Positions 45,530 to 55,171 of a DNA stretch of 64,000 nt are shown one piece after another. A program made the position numbers and the translations under genes. Source of the DNA: a virus; IMG/VR virus record IMGVR_UViG_3300017917_002938, positions 32,001 to 96,000 of that record. One strand, given 5' to 3'. The first letter of the stretch is position 1. Every line of letters begins with the position of its first letter. The notes under the pieces were generated by a model that worked only from the letters and a program-made list of their open reading frames with translations, searched no databases and had not been told where the DNA came from.

Positions 45530-46011
45530 GTTTTTTCCTCTAGTTGAGTTACTGTTAATCCCGCACTATGTAGCAACTGTATACCAGATTCATCCCTATA
45601 GTTAGATCCATAATATACTCTTTTGATCCCTGATTGAAGGATTAGTTTAGAACATTCTACACAGGGAGCATGTGTGATAAAGATATCTGCTCCATCTGAA
45701 CTATTATTTGTGCGGGCTAATTTGGCTATGGCATTTGCTTCTGCGTGTATTACTTCAGGTTTTGTTTTTAAATTAAAAGGTTTACCGTCTGAATCCTCAT
45801 ACTGCCATTCTTTATTATTAATGTTCCATTCGTTGGCATACTCTCTATCTTCACACTCATTATCCATACCTGAAGGCATGCCGTTATACCCAAATGATAT
45901 TATATTGTGATCTTTTACGATCACGGCACCTACTTTAAGTCTTTGGGCATGAGATAAAAAAGAGGTGGACTTGGCCACCTCCATAAAAAACTTTAAAAAT
46001 TTAAATTTCAT
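45520..46011 (-). CDS. dCMP deaminase
   Basis: VGAVIVK, GYNG, HAEANAI, PCVEC. Confidence 0.92.
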   Translation of the reverse strand: MKFKFLKFFMEVAKSTSFLSHAQRLKVGAVIVKDHNIISFGYNGMPSGMDNECEDREYANEWNINNKEWQYEDSDGKPFNLKTKPEVIHAEANAIAKLARTNNSSDGADIFITHAPCVECSKLILQSGIKRVYYGSNYRDESGIQLLHSAGLTVTQLEEKTWT

Positions 46012-46247
46012 CTTACAATTAAAAGTAATGCTTTTGCACAGTCAATAATGTATTGTTTTGTTTCATCATCTTCTAAAATTTCGCCGTTAGCTCTAATATC
46101 TCTTATTTGTTGAATATTAAAAACAAATTCTTCGCTATTGATAATACCTTTTCTAAAGGACTCAGCGGTATCGAGTAAGTCTTTAGCAAGATTTGCGGCA
46201 GGAGTTGAACCTTCAGCGCGAGATTTTAATTCTTCATAAAATGACAT
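46008..46247 (-). CDS. Hypothetical protein
   Basis: 79 aa, in operon. Confidence 0.55.
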   Translation of the reverse strand: MSFYEELKSRAEGSTPAANLAKDLLDTAESFRKGIINSEEFVFNIQQIRDIRANGEILEDDETKQYIIDCAKALLLIVR

Positions 46248-46250
46248 AAT

Positions 46251-46445
46251 TTAGTCCTTACGATTTGATTTCTTAAAATAACTACACCATCCGTCTGGAG
46301 ATATGACACCAGATACTGCGGAACATCCATTGGGAGGTCTCCACATTGTGCATTCCGAGCAGTGCTCACTACCCTTAGGTTTTGACTGATATTTTGCTTC
46401 TACCTTAGAGTCTTTTTCTTCGTTAAATTGAGTGTATGATTTCAT
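46251..46445 (-). CDS. High-potential iron-sulfur protein (HiPIP)-like
   Basis: YQ..P....CSEC..W....C..V.G.ISPDGWC..F. Confidence 0.8.
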   Translation of the reverse strand: MKSYTQFNEEKDSKVEAKYQSKPKGSEHCSECTMWRPPNGCSAVSGVISPDGWCSYFKKSNRKD

Positions 46446-46449
46446 TATA

Positions 46450-47184
46450 TCATCTTTCTATAATTTTTGCAAGTCCTAATTTTTTAAATAATGACAGCCA
46501 AAACCATCCTATGTCAATCTCCCACCACTTCTGCGACAGCTTTGGATTAGCTGGAGAACTGTGATGATTGTTATGTAGTTCCTCACCACCAATTAACAAA
46601 CCGAAAGGTATAATGTTAGTAGATTTATCTTTTGTATCGGTATTCCTATAACCAAACCAATGTCCTACACCGTTTACGACGCCAGCAGCCCAGAACGGAA
46701 TCCATATCATTTGAATGCCCCAGATCAAGGCACCAATCCAACCAAAGAGGGCGAGGTTGAGCAAAAGGAGAATGCCAACGCCAAGTCTGGAGTGAGGAGT
46801 GTATACGTTGTGCTCCACCCAATCAGAAGGAGTACCACGGCCATATGAATTAACCATATCTTTATCTTTTGCTGCTTCATGATACAAAAACGCTCCTTTG
46901 AACAATACTGTTTTTATACCAAACAAAACCGGGGAGTGTGGGTCTCCCTCAACATCGGTTTTTTGGTGGTGCTTACGGTGAACTGCTACCCACTCTTTCG
47001 TTATTTGCCCTGTGGTGAGCCAAAGCCAGAACCTCATAAAGTGTTCAAGTGGTTTTGAAAACTCAATACCCATATGGGCTTGACCTCTATGCAAGAATAG
47101 AGTAACACACACAATAGTAATGTGTGTACATACGAGTAGGTAAATTAGTTCTGTCAAGCCGCTTTCCCCCATACATCTGACCAA
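46450..47184 (-). CDS. Membrane fatty-acid (delta-9-type) desaturase; true start possibly TTG near 47157
   Basis: His boxes HRGQAH, HRKHH, HNNHH. Confidence 0.9.
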   Translation of the reverse strand: MVRCMGESGLTELIYLLVCTHITIVCVTLFLHRGQAHMGIEFSKPLEHFMRFWLWLTTGQITKEWVAVHRKHHQKTDVEGDPHSPVLFGIKTVLFKGAFLYHEAAKDKDMVNSYGRGTPSDWVEHNVYTPHSRLGVGILLLLNLALFGWIGALIWGIQMIWIPFWAAGVVNGVGHWFGYRNTDTKDKSTNIIPFGLLIGGEELHNNHHSSPANPKLSQKWWEIDIGWFWLSLFKKLGLAKIIER

Positions 47185-48140
47185 TTGCCCGATAGTGCTC
47201 CTTTGGCATAGTCAGTGGCACGATTTTCAAAAAAGTTAGTATGAGTAGGAGCATTAATCATTTCTTCAACCCAAGGCAGTGGGTTCTTTTTAACTTTAAA
47301 GATACCTTTAAGACCGAGAGAAATAAGACGTCTGTCAGCAATATATCTGATGTACTGCTTTACATCGGCTGGCGTAAGGTCAGGCATATCACCCATCTTG
47401 AATGCTAGATCAATAAATTTATCTTCTAAGTCTACCATTCTTTCGGCGATGGTATAAATCTTACCTTTTAATTCATCGTTCCAAATCTCTCTATTTTCTT
47501 CAATGTACGTACGGAACAGTTTAATCATGTTCTCGGCATGCATAGTCTCATCAACGATAGACCAGGTAACTATCTGACCCATTCCCTTCATCAATCCGTG
47601 ACGAGGAAAGTTAAGTAACATAATAAATGAACTAAACAGTTGCATACCCTCGGTAAATGCTGAAAAGACCGCAATATGAGTAGCAGTATTCTCTTTCGTA
47701 GTGTTCTTCGATGATATGTCGGTCACGTAGTCATGTTTGTTCTTCATTTCCTCATATTCAAGAAACTCATTATAGGTTGTTTCCGGTAACCCCAGAGTCT
47801 CAATCAGATGAGAGTACGCTGCGATATGTAAAGCTTCTCTCGCTGCAAACCCCATCAACATCATTCTTATTTCCGGTTGTGGGAAGTAAGGTAAGTAGTT
47901 CTTGACGTATCCCCCCGCTACATCTACATCCCCTTGTGTGAAGAATCGAAAAATGTGCGTTAGAAATTGCTTCTGAGCTGGTGTAAGGCGACGTTTCCAA
48001 TCTTTTTCATCCTCTAACATAGGTACTTCTGTATGTAACCAGTGTGCTTGTTCATGCTTAAGCCACGCATCATATGCCCATGGGTAATGAAAAGGTTTAA
48101 AGCTGTTTCTTTCGTCGGTTACTCTTACTTTTGATATCAT
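47154..48140 (-). CDS. nrdB: Ribonucleotide reductase class Ia beta subunit
   Basis: FRFFTQGD, REALHIAAY, EGMQLFSSF, DETMH, NFFE. Confidence 0.95.
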   Translation of the reverse strand: MISKVRVTDERNSFKPFHYPWAYDAWLKHEQAHWLHTEVPMLEDEKDWKRRLTPAQKQFLTHIFRFFTQGDVDVAGGYVKNYLPYFPQPEIRMMLMGFAAREALHIAAYSHLIETLGLPETTYNEFLEYEEMKNKHDYVTDISSKNTTKENTATHIAVFSAFTEGMQLFSSFIMLLNFPRHGLMKGMGQIVTWSIVDETMHAENMIKLFRTYIEENREIWNDELKGKIYTIAERMVDLEDKFIDLAFKMGDMPDLTPADVKQYIRYIADRRLISLGLKGIFKVKKNPLPWVEEMINAPTHTNFFENRATDYAKGALSGNWSDVWGKAA

Positions 48141-48149
48141 TTACTATCC

Positions 48150-48662
48150 TTATTTTATTGGCCAATGTTTATTAAATTTTTCAAAATAAAACATTAATTC
48201 TTCTTTCTCATCATCATAGTACTCACCGACATAATCTGATTTGACACGTGCATGAATATTTTCACACATAGCAACCAAGGTAATATTATTTCTGATATAG
48301 CCCCAATTGTAGAGAACGTCAAGCATCCATTTCCAATTGCCACCTCGAATGATACCTGCTTCCACTAATACTAGATGTTGGTATGGTCTAATATCTCCTG
48401 ATTGCATAACCATCTTCTTAATATATTGATCAGGTTCTTCATCTGGATATGTTACCTCTACAGGGATGATTGATAACATTTCTCCTCGCCTACTCCAACT
48501 ATGTGCAAGATGCATAGCAACTGTTGCTGAGTAATCAGGAGATGCCATAATCACAGCAGTAGTACTAGGATCAAAGTTGGAGCTATCAACAATAGTTTCT
48601 AATCGTTGTATCAGCTCCCACTCTTTCTCTCTGGTAATAAAGTGCAGTGGTCTTCTGGTCAT
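48150..48662 (-). CDS. Hypothetical protein, phosphoribosyltransferase-like fold
   Basis: LVLVEAGIIRGGN resembles a degenerate PRPP-binding loop. Confidence 0.45.
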   Translation of the reverse strand: MTRRPLHFITREKEWELIQRLETIVDSSNFDPSTTAVIMASPDYSATVAMHLAHSWSRRGEMLSIIPVEVTYPDEEPDQYIKKMVMQSGDIRPYQHLVLVEAGIIRGGNWKWMLDVLYNWGYIRNNITLVAMCENIHARVKSDYVGEYYDDEKEELMFYFEKFNKHWPIK

Positions 48663-48777
48663 TTTTTATCTTGATACTTAACAGCGTGTACTAAGCCACC
48701 GTAAAATAGGCCTGTTATAATAATAGCCATAGGTGGTACAACAAATACCATGTAAAACAAAAAAACTATCTTCCAAA

Positions 48778-50574
48778 TCATCCTTCACACGCCAGGCAAG
48801 TGTCGCCTTCGGTCAGAGCTTTAAGATCAATCTCTTTGATTACTTCTCTCTCAATTTTTTTCGAAACTTTATCTGCTTTGCCAATTTTTTCTGAACGGCA
48901 GTAGTATAAAGTTTTTAATTTTTGTTTCCATGCCTGAAAATGTACTGCATGAAGATACTTGATATTTACATTCGGTCGAAAGAAGAGGTTAATGGATTGT
49001 GCTTGATCAATGTAACTTTGTCTGTCAGCTGCGTGCTCCACAACCCATCTTTGGTCAATTTCCATAGACGTTTTGAATACATCTTTTGTCCAGTCGTCAA
49101 GGAAGTCCAAGTGTTGAACCGATCCGTCGTTAGCAATAATACTTGACCATATTTCTTGATAGTCGAGTTTAGAGTCATTTTCACATTTCTCCTTAATGAT
49201 TCGATCTAGATACTTGTTCTTGTTTAGGTGAGCACCCGACAAAGTGTCTTGACGGTAAGCATTAGCACGATAAGGCTCAACAGAAGGAGAAGTATTTCCC
49301 ATAAGGATAGAAGAAGAAGCATTCGGAGCAATAGCCATAAGGTGACTGAAGCGCTTACCAGTGCCAACAGCATCAGGAGCTTCACCTCGCTCTTTACCCA
49401 ACTGAAGATTAGCCTCATCTAACTTACTCCTTATATGCTTAAATATTTTATGATTAGCAGATACGGCTAGCGCTGATTCCCATGGTAGATTATTCTTCTG
49501 CAAGTACGCGTGCCACCCTAGGGCACCAACGCCAATAGAACGCTCAGCGCTAGCAGAATAACGGGCCCTGGAGATGGCATCAGGTGCGTTATCAATAAAA
49601 TACTGTAGAACGTTATCGAGCATTTCAGCAACATCCCGTAAGAATTGAGGGTCGTTTTTCCAATCATCGTAATACTCCAAGTTTAAAGAGGATAGGCAAC
49701 ATACTGCGGTTCGTTCTTCGTTAGTAGGAAGAATAATTTCCGAGCAAAGATTTGATTGATGTACTTTAAGACCTTTTTCTTTTAGCCACGTGGGTAGTTG
49801 TCTGTTTGATTCATCAATAAAGTGAATGTAGGGTTCACCCGTCTGCATTCTAAGTTCAAGTATCTTTTGCCACAGTTCTTTAGCAGATACTGTGTCTCTA
49901 ATTTCACCGGAGTGAGGATCACGTAACTGCCAGGAGTCATCGGACTGAGGATCCTGCATGCAACGTTCAACAATCTCCATAAAGTTATCGGTGATATTAA
50001 TACCGTGATGTAGATTCAACGCTCGCATATTTTGATCACCAGTCGGCTTTCTCATCTCTAAGAAAGTAATAATATCTGGATGACTAATATCAAGATAAGC
50101 AGCATAACTGCCCCTACGAGTACGCCCTTGGCGATATGCCAGAGAAGACGCATCGTAAATTTTGAGGTGCGGCATAACACCAGTAGATTTGTCATCCGCC
50201 GAACGTATACCGAAACCAATCCCAACACCGCCACCAAGCATACTAAGCCAATTAGTTTCACTAAGATTATCAACTAAACCCTCCGCAGTATCTTCTATGT
50301 AATTCAAAAAACAGCTGATAGGCATACCCCTTTTACTGCGCCCAAAGGATAGAATTGGTGTTGAATATGACAACCAATGCTTGGATGAATACTCGTACAG
50401 CCGCTGAGCATGAGCAGGGTTACTACCGAAAGAGCTCGACACATATGCAAACCTCTCTTGTGGTGATCGTTCCTCGTCTTTCATGTAGCTTTCTCTCAGC
50501 CTTATCTTACCTAATTCATCAAATAGACTATCGCGCGAATAGTCTACCGAGATACCGTGAACGACATCTTGCAT
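48778..50574 (-). CDS. nrdA: Ribonucleotide reductase class Ia alpha subunit (no ATP cone)
   Basis: PISCF, SNLCSEI, AIAPNASSS, LKTLYY, C-terminal CLACEG. Confidence 0.95.
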   Translation of the reverse strand: MQDVVHGISVDYSRDSLFDELGKIRLRESYMKDEERSPQERFAYVSSSFGSNPAHAQRLYEYSSKHWLSYSTPILSFGRSKRGMPISCFLNYIEDTAEGLVDNLSETNWLSMLGGGVGIGFGIRSADDKSTGVMPHLKIYDASSLAYRQGRTRRGSYAAYLDISHPDIITFLEMRKPTGDQNMRALNLHHGINITDNFMEIVERCMQDPQSDDSWQLRDPHSGEIRDTVSAKELWQKILELRMQTGEPYIHFIDESNRQLPTWLKEKGLKVHQSNLCSEIILPTNEERTAVCCLSSLNLEYYDDWKNDPQFLRDVAEMLDNVLQYFIDNAPDAISRARYSASAERSIGVGALGWHAYLQKNNLPWESALAVSANHKIFKHIRSKLDEANLQLGKERGEAPDAVGTGKRFSHLMAIAPNASSSILMGNTSPSVEPYRANAYRQDTLSGAHLNKNKYLDRIIKEKCENDSKLDYQEIWSSIIANDGSVQHLDFLDDWTKDVFKTSMEIDQRWVVEHAADRQSYIDQAQSINLFFRPNVNIKYLHAVHFQAWKQKLKTLYYCRSEKIGKADKVSKKIEREVIKEIDLKALTEGDTCLACEG

Positions 50575-50592
50575 ATTTACCTCTTTTTATAA

Positions 50593-51372
50593 TTATTGTT
50601 GTACTAAATTTTTAATGACAGGGAATACAGTGGCAATAACTTTCGCACACTCTTTCGCTATATCACAATGCTCTTGTTGTGTACCGTTACTTGATCTTAG
50701 TTGAATATAATGTACCCAAGATCTAACAGTACCATTCACATACAGTCTTGACTTTGTATTACCTTCTGGTAGCACACATCTTGCTTGTTCTTTAGCAATA
50801 CCTTTTTCTATTGCCCATTTGTAGATGTCTTTGGATCTACTAATTAAGTCGCGCTGTAGATTTTCCCACTGATAAGCTAACTGTCTATGCTCATTGTTAC
50901 TCATATCAAGCGGTATAGAGTTTTGTCTATTGGTAGTGTCCTGTAACCTTGCCTCTCGTATCATGAAGCTTAGATCGTCAGTTGGATCAGCGTACCTTTG
51001 GGAAAACTCTTGAAACGAGAACGACCGATGTCTGAGTAACTGTCTGGCAACGTCTCTGGTGGTTGTAATTTCAAGACACATGGAGACCATTTCGAGAGGT
51101 GACCAATGTTGATGTTTAATGAGGTATTTAATAAGCTTCTCTGATGTCTCGGTGTTAAATTGGTTCGATGGATTGGAGACACGGGCACAATACGCGATGA
51201 GTTCTTGTACATCTTTGATACCCATGCTTGAGTATTCACTAGTGGGTTGGGAATAGGAGACCAGTTTAACATCTTGCTCGTTCACTAAACAATCCTCGGT
51301 TGTTAAAATATCATAATATTCGTTCGTCAGATTTTTTTCATAATAATTATTTTCAATCATTTTATGTTTCAT
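50593..51372 (-). CDS. thyX: FAD-dependent thymidylate synthase; start uncertain
   Basis: CARVS, HWSPLE, RQLLRHRSFSFQEFSQRY. Confidence 0.93.
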   Translation of the reverse strand: MKHKMIENNYYEKNLTNEYYDILTTEDCLVNEQDVKLVSYSQPTSEYSSMGIKDVQELIAYCARVSNPSNQFNTETSEKLIKYLIKHQHWSPLEMVSMCLEITTTRDVARQLLRHRSFSFQEFSQRYADPTDDLSFMIREARLQDTTNRQNSIPLDMSNNEHRQLAYQWENLQRDLISRSKDIYKWAIEKGIAKEQARCVLPEGNTKSRLYVNGTVRSWVHYIQLRSSNGTQQEHCDIAKECAKVIATVFPVIKNLVQQ

Positions 51373-51393
51373 TCATTGGTGGTTTATGTAGGC

Positions 51394-52404
51394 TCAGATT
51401 TTTTTCCAAACTGTGTGTTTTAACTTAGCTTCTAGTCCTTTGAAGGTATTTTTTTGAATTATTTCCATGACATTTTTACCTGCTAAAACCATGTCGTTCA
51501 CGTCTTTTTCTTCTAATGATTGAGGCCAGATCACAATATTATATCCTAGATCAATCATGGAGTCCATCTTCTTATTAATCTCTTTGTTGCGTGGCTCATT
51601 ATCATAAACAAAACACACGTTCATGTTGCCTGGAAATATTTTCGATATGTTTGCGTCTGATCCGGCCATGGCTACTCCATTAGGTAAAAACAAAGAGTCA
51701 ATAGGGCCTTCAGTCACGTAAATTAACTTAGACGTATCAACAGTATCTAAACCAAATAACTTGGGCTTAGACTGATCAATCATAATCGTGATATACCGTA
51801 CACCATTCTTAGAAAAGCTACGGCCTTGAAACCCGTACATATTTTCGTCTTTATCAAGAAACGGAATAATAAGTCTAGGTTCGTCTTTAGATCCTTCCGA
51901 TGTTACATCAAACTTTTCAGGTATGATTGTATTAACCCATTCCTTAAACTTAGGACAGAAGAATAACTTGTAGTGCGTGTTAGGAGGTATACGTCTCTTT
52001 ACAACATACTTCTTTGCTGGATGATCAGGTGATAATTGACTGATCTTCTTAAGGGAAACCAATGGAGACGCAATTCTATACTTGGGTATGTGTACTTTTG
52101 TTATATCTGGCTGAACAACCGGAGCTCCCTGGTTTTTCTCAGTAAACTTCTCAAGGACATACTCTTTATGTAATTCAGGATCAAGGTGCTTGATAAAATT
52201 ACCAAAGGCCATAGAAGCACCACAATTATGACAATAGAAAGTCATTCTACCTTCTTTTTCAAGAATATAGCCTCTAGACTTGTATTTGTTCTTTTGTGAA
52301 TCACCGCAGATAGGACATCTGAAGTTGTACGATGGTCCTCGCTTTGCAAAGCGCTCCAATCGCACGGAGAGTATACCAATATATTTATGCTCAATAAAGC
52401 TCAT
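51394..52404 (-). CDS. DNA primase (T4 gp61)
   Basis: CPICGDS..CHNC zinc finger, EGPIDSLF, YDNEPRN, KDVNDM. Confidence 0.95.
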   Translation of the reverse strand: MSFIEHKYIGILSVRLERFAKRGPSYNFRCPICGDSQKNKYKSRGYILEKEGRMTFYCHNCGASMAFGNFIKHLDPELHKEYVLEKFTEKNQGAPVVQPDITKVHIPKYRIASPLVSLKKISQLSPDHPAKKYVVKRRIPPNTHYKLFFCPKFKEWVNTIIPEKFDVTSEGSKDEPRLIIPFLDKDENMYGFQGRSFSKNGVRYITIMIDQSKPKLFGLDTVDTSKLIYVTEGPIDSLFLPNGVAMAGSDANISKIFPGNMNVCFVYDNEPRNKEINKKMDSMIDLGYNIVIWPQSLEEKDVNDMVLAGKNVMEIIQKNTFKGLEAKLKHTVWKKI

Positions 52405-52432
52405 TATAATTATCCTGAAATCCGACAATACG

Positions 52433-52462
52433 ATTATATTATTATCGGATCAGGAAATCAAC
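52433..52462 (-). promoter_or_regulatory. Phage early promoter for primase/nucleotide metabolism operon
   Basis: GTTGATTT..TATAAT, 17-nt spacer. Confidence 0.7.
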
Positions 52463-52470
52463 TTGACATG

Positions 52471-52710
52471 TTAGAAGAGTTTGTCTATTCGAACGTGAGC
52501 TAAAATATAACCTACTACGACAGCGGCTCCCACTATCATCCAACGCCAACGTTCAAGAACATCTACGCGACTACTCATATTGTCCATTTTAAAACATAGA
52601 TTGTCGTACTGTTCTTTTTGATCTTTTTTGATCTCTTTAACGTCACTAGCAATATTTTTTACTTCGTTCTCTAACACGGCTATCCTTGAGGTTGTGTCGA
52701 ATTGTTCCAT
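52471..52710 (-). CDS. Coiled-coil plus single TM protein (XhlA-like)
   Basis: RIAVLE..LERWRWMIVGAA. Confidence 0.6.
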   Translation of the reverse strand: MEQFDTTSRIAVLENEVKNIASDVKEIKKDQKEQYDNLCFKMDNMSSRVDVLERWRWMIVGAAVVVGYILAHVRIDKLF

Positions 52711-52713
52711 ATA

Positions 52714-52998
52714 TTATTCTTCTTTTTGTGTCGACTTGGTATTTAGGGATGTAATTTTTTCCTGTCCTCTAGTCCACGCCGCTACACCTAAAACGGCACC
52801 CATAGCCATATGAAACAAACCTCCATCAGAAGACGTTAGAGGTTTCCACTGAGTAGTAATAGAACCACCTGTATGGATCTGTACCAGTATGACTACAATA
52901 GGAGCAATAATAAAATCGAACAAACAAATAGCCATGTAAGTCCAACCCATAGCTGGACGCCATTTATTATTTACCCAATTATCACTTAATCTTGTCAT
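52714..52998 (-). CDS. Putative holin
   Basis: WRPAMGWTY..FDFIIAP..GAVLGVAAWTRGQEK; 2 TM; next to spanins. Confidence 0.6.
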   Translation of the reverse strand: MTRLSDNWVNNKWRPAMGWTYMAICLFDFIIAPIVVILVQIHTGGSITTQWKPLTSSDGGLFHMAMGAVLGVAAWTRGQEKITSLNTKSTQKEE

Positions 52999-53242
52999 GT
53001 ATCTCTTTTTGAATACGATACCATTCTATCCACGCCTCATTTTTTATAGAACATTCATGGTACAAGGTATAATTTTCTACTACTGATTTAGCAACATCAC
53101 TCAATTTAACTTCACCAGATAGCTTATTAAGTTCAGAACATTTTTCCATTAACGCTGGAGGTACTTCCGGAAAGTTTTGCTTTACCGGCACTGACATACA
53201 GCCGGTTAAAACAAAAGCTATCAGTACAATAAGTTTATTCAT
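52982..53242 (-). CDS. Putative o-spanin lipoprotein
   Basis: MNKLIVLIAFVLTGC lipobox, FPEVPPALMEKC, NYTLYHEC. Confidence 0.75.
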   Translation of the reverse strand: MNKLIVLIAFVLTGCMSVPVKQNFPEVPPALMEKCSELNKLSGEVKLSDVAKSVVENYTLYHECSIKNEAWIEWYRIQKEIHDKIK

Positions 53243-53243
53243 A

Positions 53244-53510
53244 TTACCACGCTCTGCACGACCAGTATCTTGCTTTGGTTTTTGGACCCGGATCATCACA
53301 GTTATGTCTTGCTCTGAAACTTCTACGTCTAGCTGGAATATGTTTCTTTATTGAAAGATTCTTATCACCGAAGTTAACTTTCACTACATTACCATTTGCA
53401 TTTTTTACAAACACTTTTGATTTCTTAACATCACCAGCCATAGGTTTGTTAAGCTGAACTGTGCGGCCTTGGTATTCTGCTTCGGAAATAAATTCTTTAT
53501 ATCTTAACAT
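53244..53510 (-). CDS. Small basic putative capsid-internal protein
   Basis: MLRYKEFISE leader; KVNFGD..RRRSFRARHNCD..RYWSCRAW. Confidence 0.65.
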   Translation of the reverse strand: MLRYKEFISEAEYQGRTVQLNKPMAGDVKKSKVFVKNANGNVVKVNFGDKNLSIKKHIPARRRSFRARHNCDDPGPKTKARYWSCRAW

Positions 53511-53511
53511 A

Positions 53512-53832
53512 TTATTTACCTTTGTGCATGTTAATGAACCAATGGGCAAGTTGTTTTTTTCTAGGCGAAGCACTATCAGAAGAACGAACTTTTTTGAGTT
53601 GAGAAATACTCTTACCCTTCAATCCATGTCTGGACATGTCACCCTTATTTTCGGGGTTTCGGCCATCCATAAAGTTCTCTTGAGCGTCTATAAAGTTTTG
53701 TTTTGTAGGAGCACCTTTAGAACCTGGCTTTCGCATACGCTCACCGGAGCCGGCTTTGATGCGTTTACGCTTAGCATGAATATTGTCCCACAGTCCTCTT
53801 TTCTCACTAATGAAATCTTTATACCTTATCAT
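53512..53832 (-). CDS. Small basic putative capsid-internal protein
   Basis: MIRYKDFISE leader; GLWDNIHAKRKRIKAGSGERMRKPGSKGAPT. Confidence 0.65.
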   Translation of the reverse strand: MIRYKDFISEKRGLWDNIHAKRKRIKAGSGERMRKPGSKGAPTKQNFIDAQENFMDGRNPENKGDMSRHGLKGKSISQLKKVRSSDSASPRKKQLAHWFINMHKGK

Positions 53833-54266
53833 TTTACTCTTTCTGAAGCTTGGTTTATAGTAACGATAAACTCTTGAGGAATCTTACACTGATCATCATA
53901 CTTTATTATTTCTTTATCCACATATTGTATTAATGTTTCCCCACGCTCTTTTACTACTTGTATTTTGTTAACAACTTTTGTCTGTATTTCAACATTTTTT
54001 TGTTTTGATTCTTTTTCAGCGGCTGCAATTTGCTCTTGCAACTCGCTAACACGGGCCTGCCATATTAGATCGTTATGTTTGTACCCTAGCAACCAAAGAG
54101 ATATTACAAGGAGAGGAATAGCAATTATTTTTACAATAGAAGCGTAACTTCCTACAACTGGTATCTTTGAAAAAACCGTACCTACAATCAGCCCTATTGC
54201 ACTTGCCGCAAAAACTCCGTAAACCAATAGATCAGGTATAAACGACAAGTAGCTAAACATCCACAT
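53829..54266 (-). CDS. Putative i-spanin
   Basis: N-terminal TM segments, coiled coil, C-terminal C.IP..F...N. Confidence 0.72.
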   Translation of the reverse strand: MWMFSYLSFIPDLLVYGVFAASAIGLIVGTVFSKIPVVGSYASIVKIIAIPLLVISLWLLGYKHNDLIWQARVSELQEQIAAAEKESKQKNVEIQTKVVNKIQVVKERGETLIQYVDKEIIKYDDQCKIPQEFIVTINQASERVK

Positions 54267-54268
54267 TA

Positions 54269-54757
54269 TTATTCCTTATTGTAGTTTGGAAATTTTCTTT
54301 TTAGCATCTTTTTTAGAATAGGATTATGTTTTTTAGACACACCAGGCTCTCCCTGAGCACCTACTCCAGCCCCTGCAATGTTTCCTTGGCCTACTACATT
54401 GGCAATTTCTTCTGTTAATGTGAGTTCATTACTAATAAAATATTGCTCTAACTCTTCTTCTGAAAGAACATGTAGTTGATTGTGTTCTTTTAGAAGTAAA
54501 GCTGCCGCAGCAATAGTACCGATACGAGAAGAACCACCAGGTACTTTTGCTAGAAGTTTCTTCAAGTTAGCAGTCATAATATCAAAATAACCCCATGCAT
54601 TTATTTCTTCTGGAGTTTTAAGTTCAGCACGCTTTTTTAAAACATGACCCGTACTATCAATTATGCCAAGCTTGTATGCATCCCAGTTTTCAAAGGGAGT
54701 GGCAATTCTTTTTAAGAACTGATATATTAGAAAAACATCAACTACTTTGTTTGCCAT
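54269..54757 (-). CDS. Conserved T4-like hypothetical protein
   Basis: VDVFLIYQFLKRIATPFENWDAYKLGIID..G. Confidence 0.7.
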   Translation of the reverse strand: MANKVVDVFLIYQFLKRIATPFENWDAYKLGIIDSTGHVLKKRAELKTPEEINAWGYFDIMTANLKKLLAKVPGGSSRIGTIAAAALLLKEHNQLHVLSEEELEQYFISNELTLTEEIANVVGQGNIAGAGVGAQGEPGVSKKHNPILKKMLKRKFPNYNKE

Positions 54758-55154
54758 TTTGTATTTCTCTGAGAGAGTTTACTATACCTGGGTCCATTAT
54801 TATATCTGATGTAATAATGTTCTTACCATCAATTCCAATACCAACAACTTTGTCTGGTAAATAATTAAGCATTACAAGAAAGGGTTTTAAACAATGATAA
54901 AAACCTTTTAATTTGAAAAATAAAAGCCGTGTAGCGGCTTCTACGCCAAACAGATTGTAAATAATAATGATGTGATTGAGTATCAGCCGCTCTTTCAACT
55001 CACCTGATTCTTCGTAACGGCTGAATAATCTCTTTATATACTTAAACCTGTTTAAATCTTCGTAAAACTCCAGCGTGTCAAAACAAGACGGGTTATCATA
55101 ATGTTTTGCTGCATAAAGTAGAAAATTTGTCTCATCTAATTTCTCAGTGTGCAT
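54738..55154 (-). CDS. Conserved T4-like hypothetical protein
   Basis: NFLLYAAKHYDNP.C..EFYEDL.RFKYIKRL..ERLILNHII. Confidence 0.75.
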   Translation of the reverse strand: MHTEKLDETNFLLYAAKHYDNPSCFDTLEFYEDLNRFKYIKRLFSRYEESGELKERLILNHIIIIYNLFGVEAATRLLFFKLKGFYHCLKPFLVMLNYLPDKVVGIGIDGKNIITSDIIMDPGIVNSLREIQNGKQSS

Positions 55155-55171
55155 AATTTATAGTTATAATA

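Noticed and set aside
47154-52404. Introns, inteins or homing endonucleases in nrdA, nrdB, thyX or primase
   Set aside because: All ORFs are continuous and of normal length.
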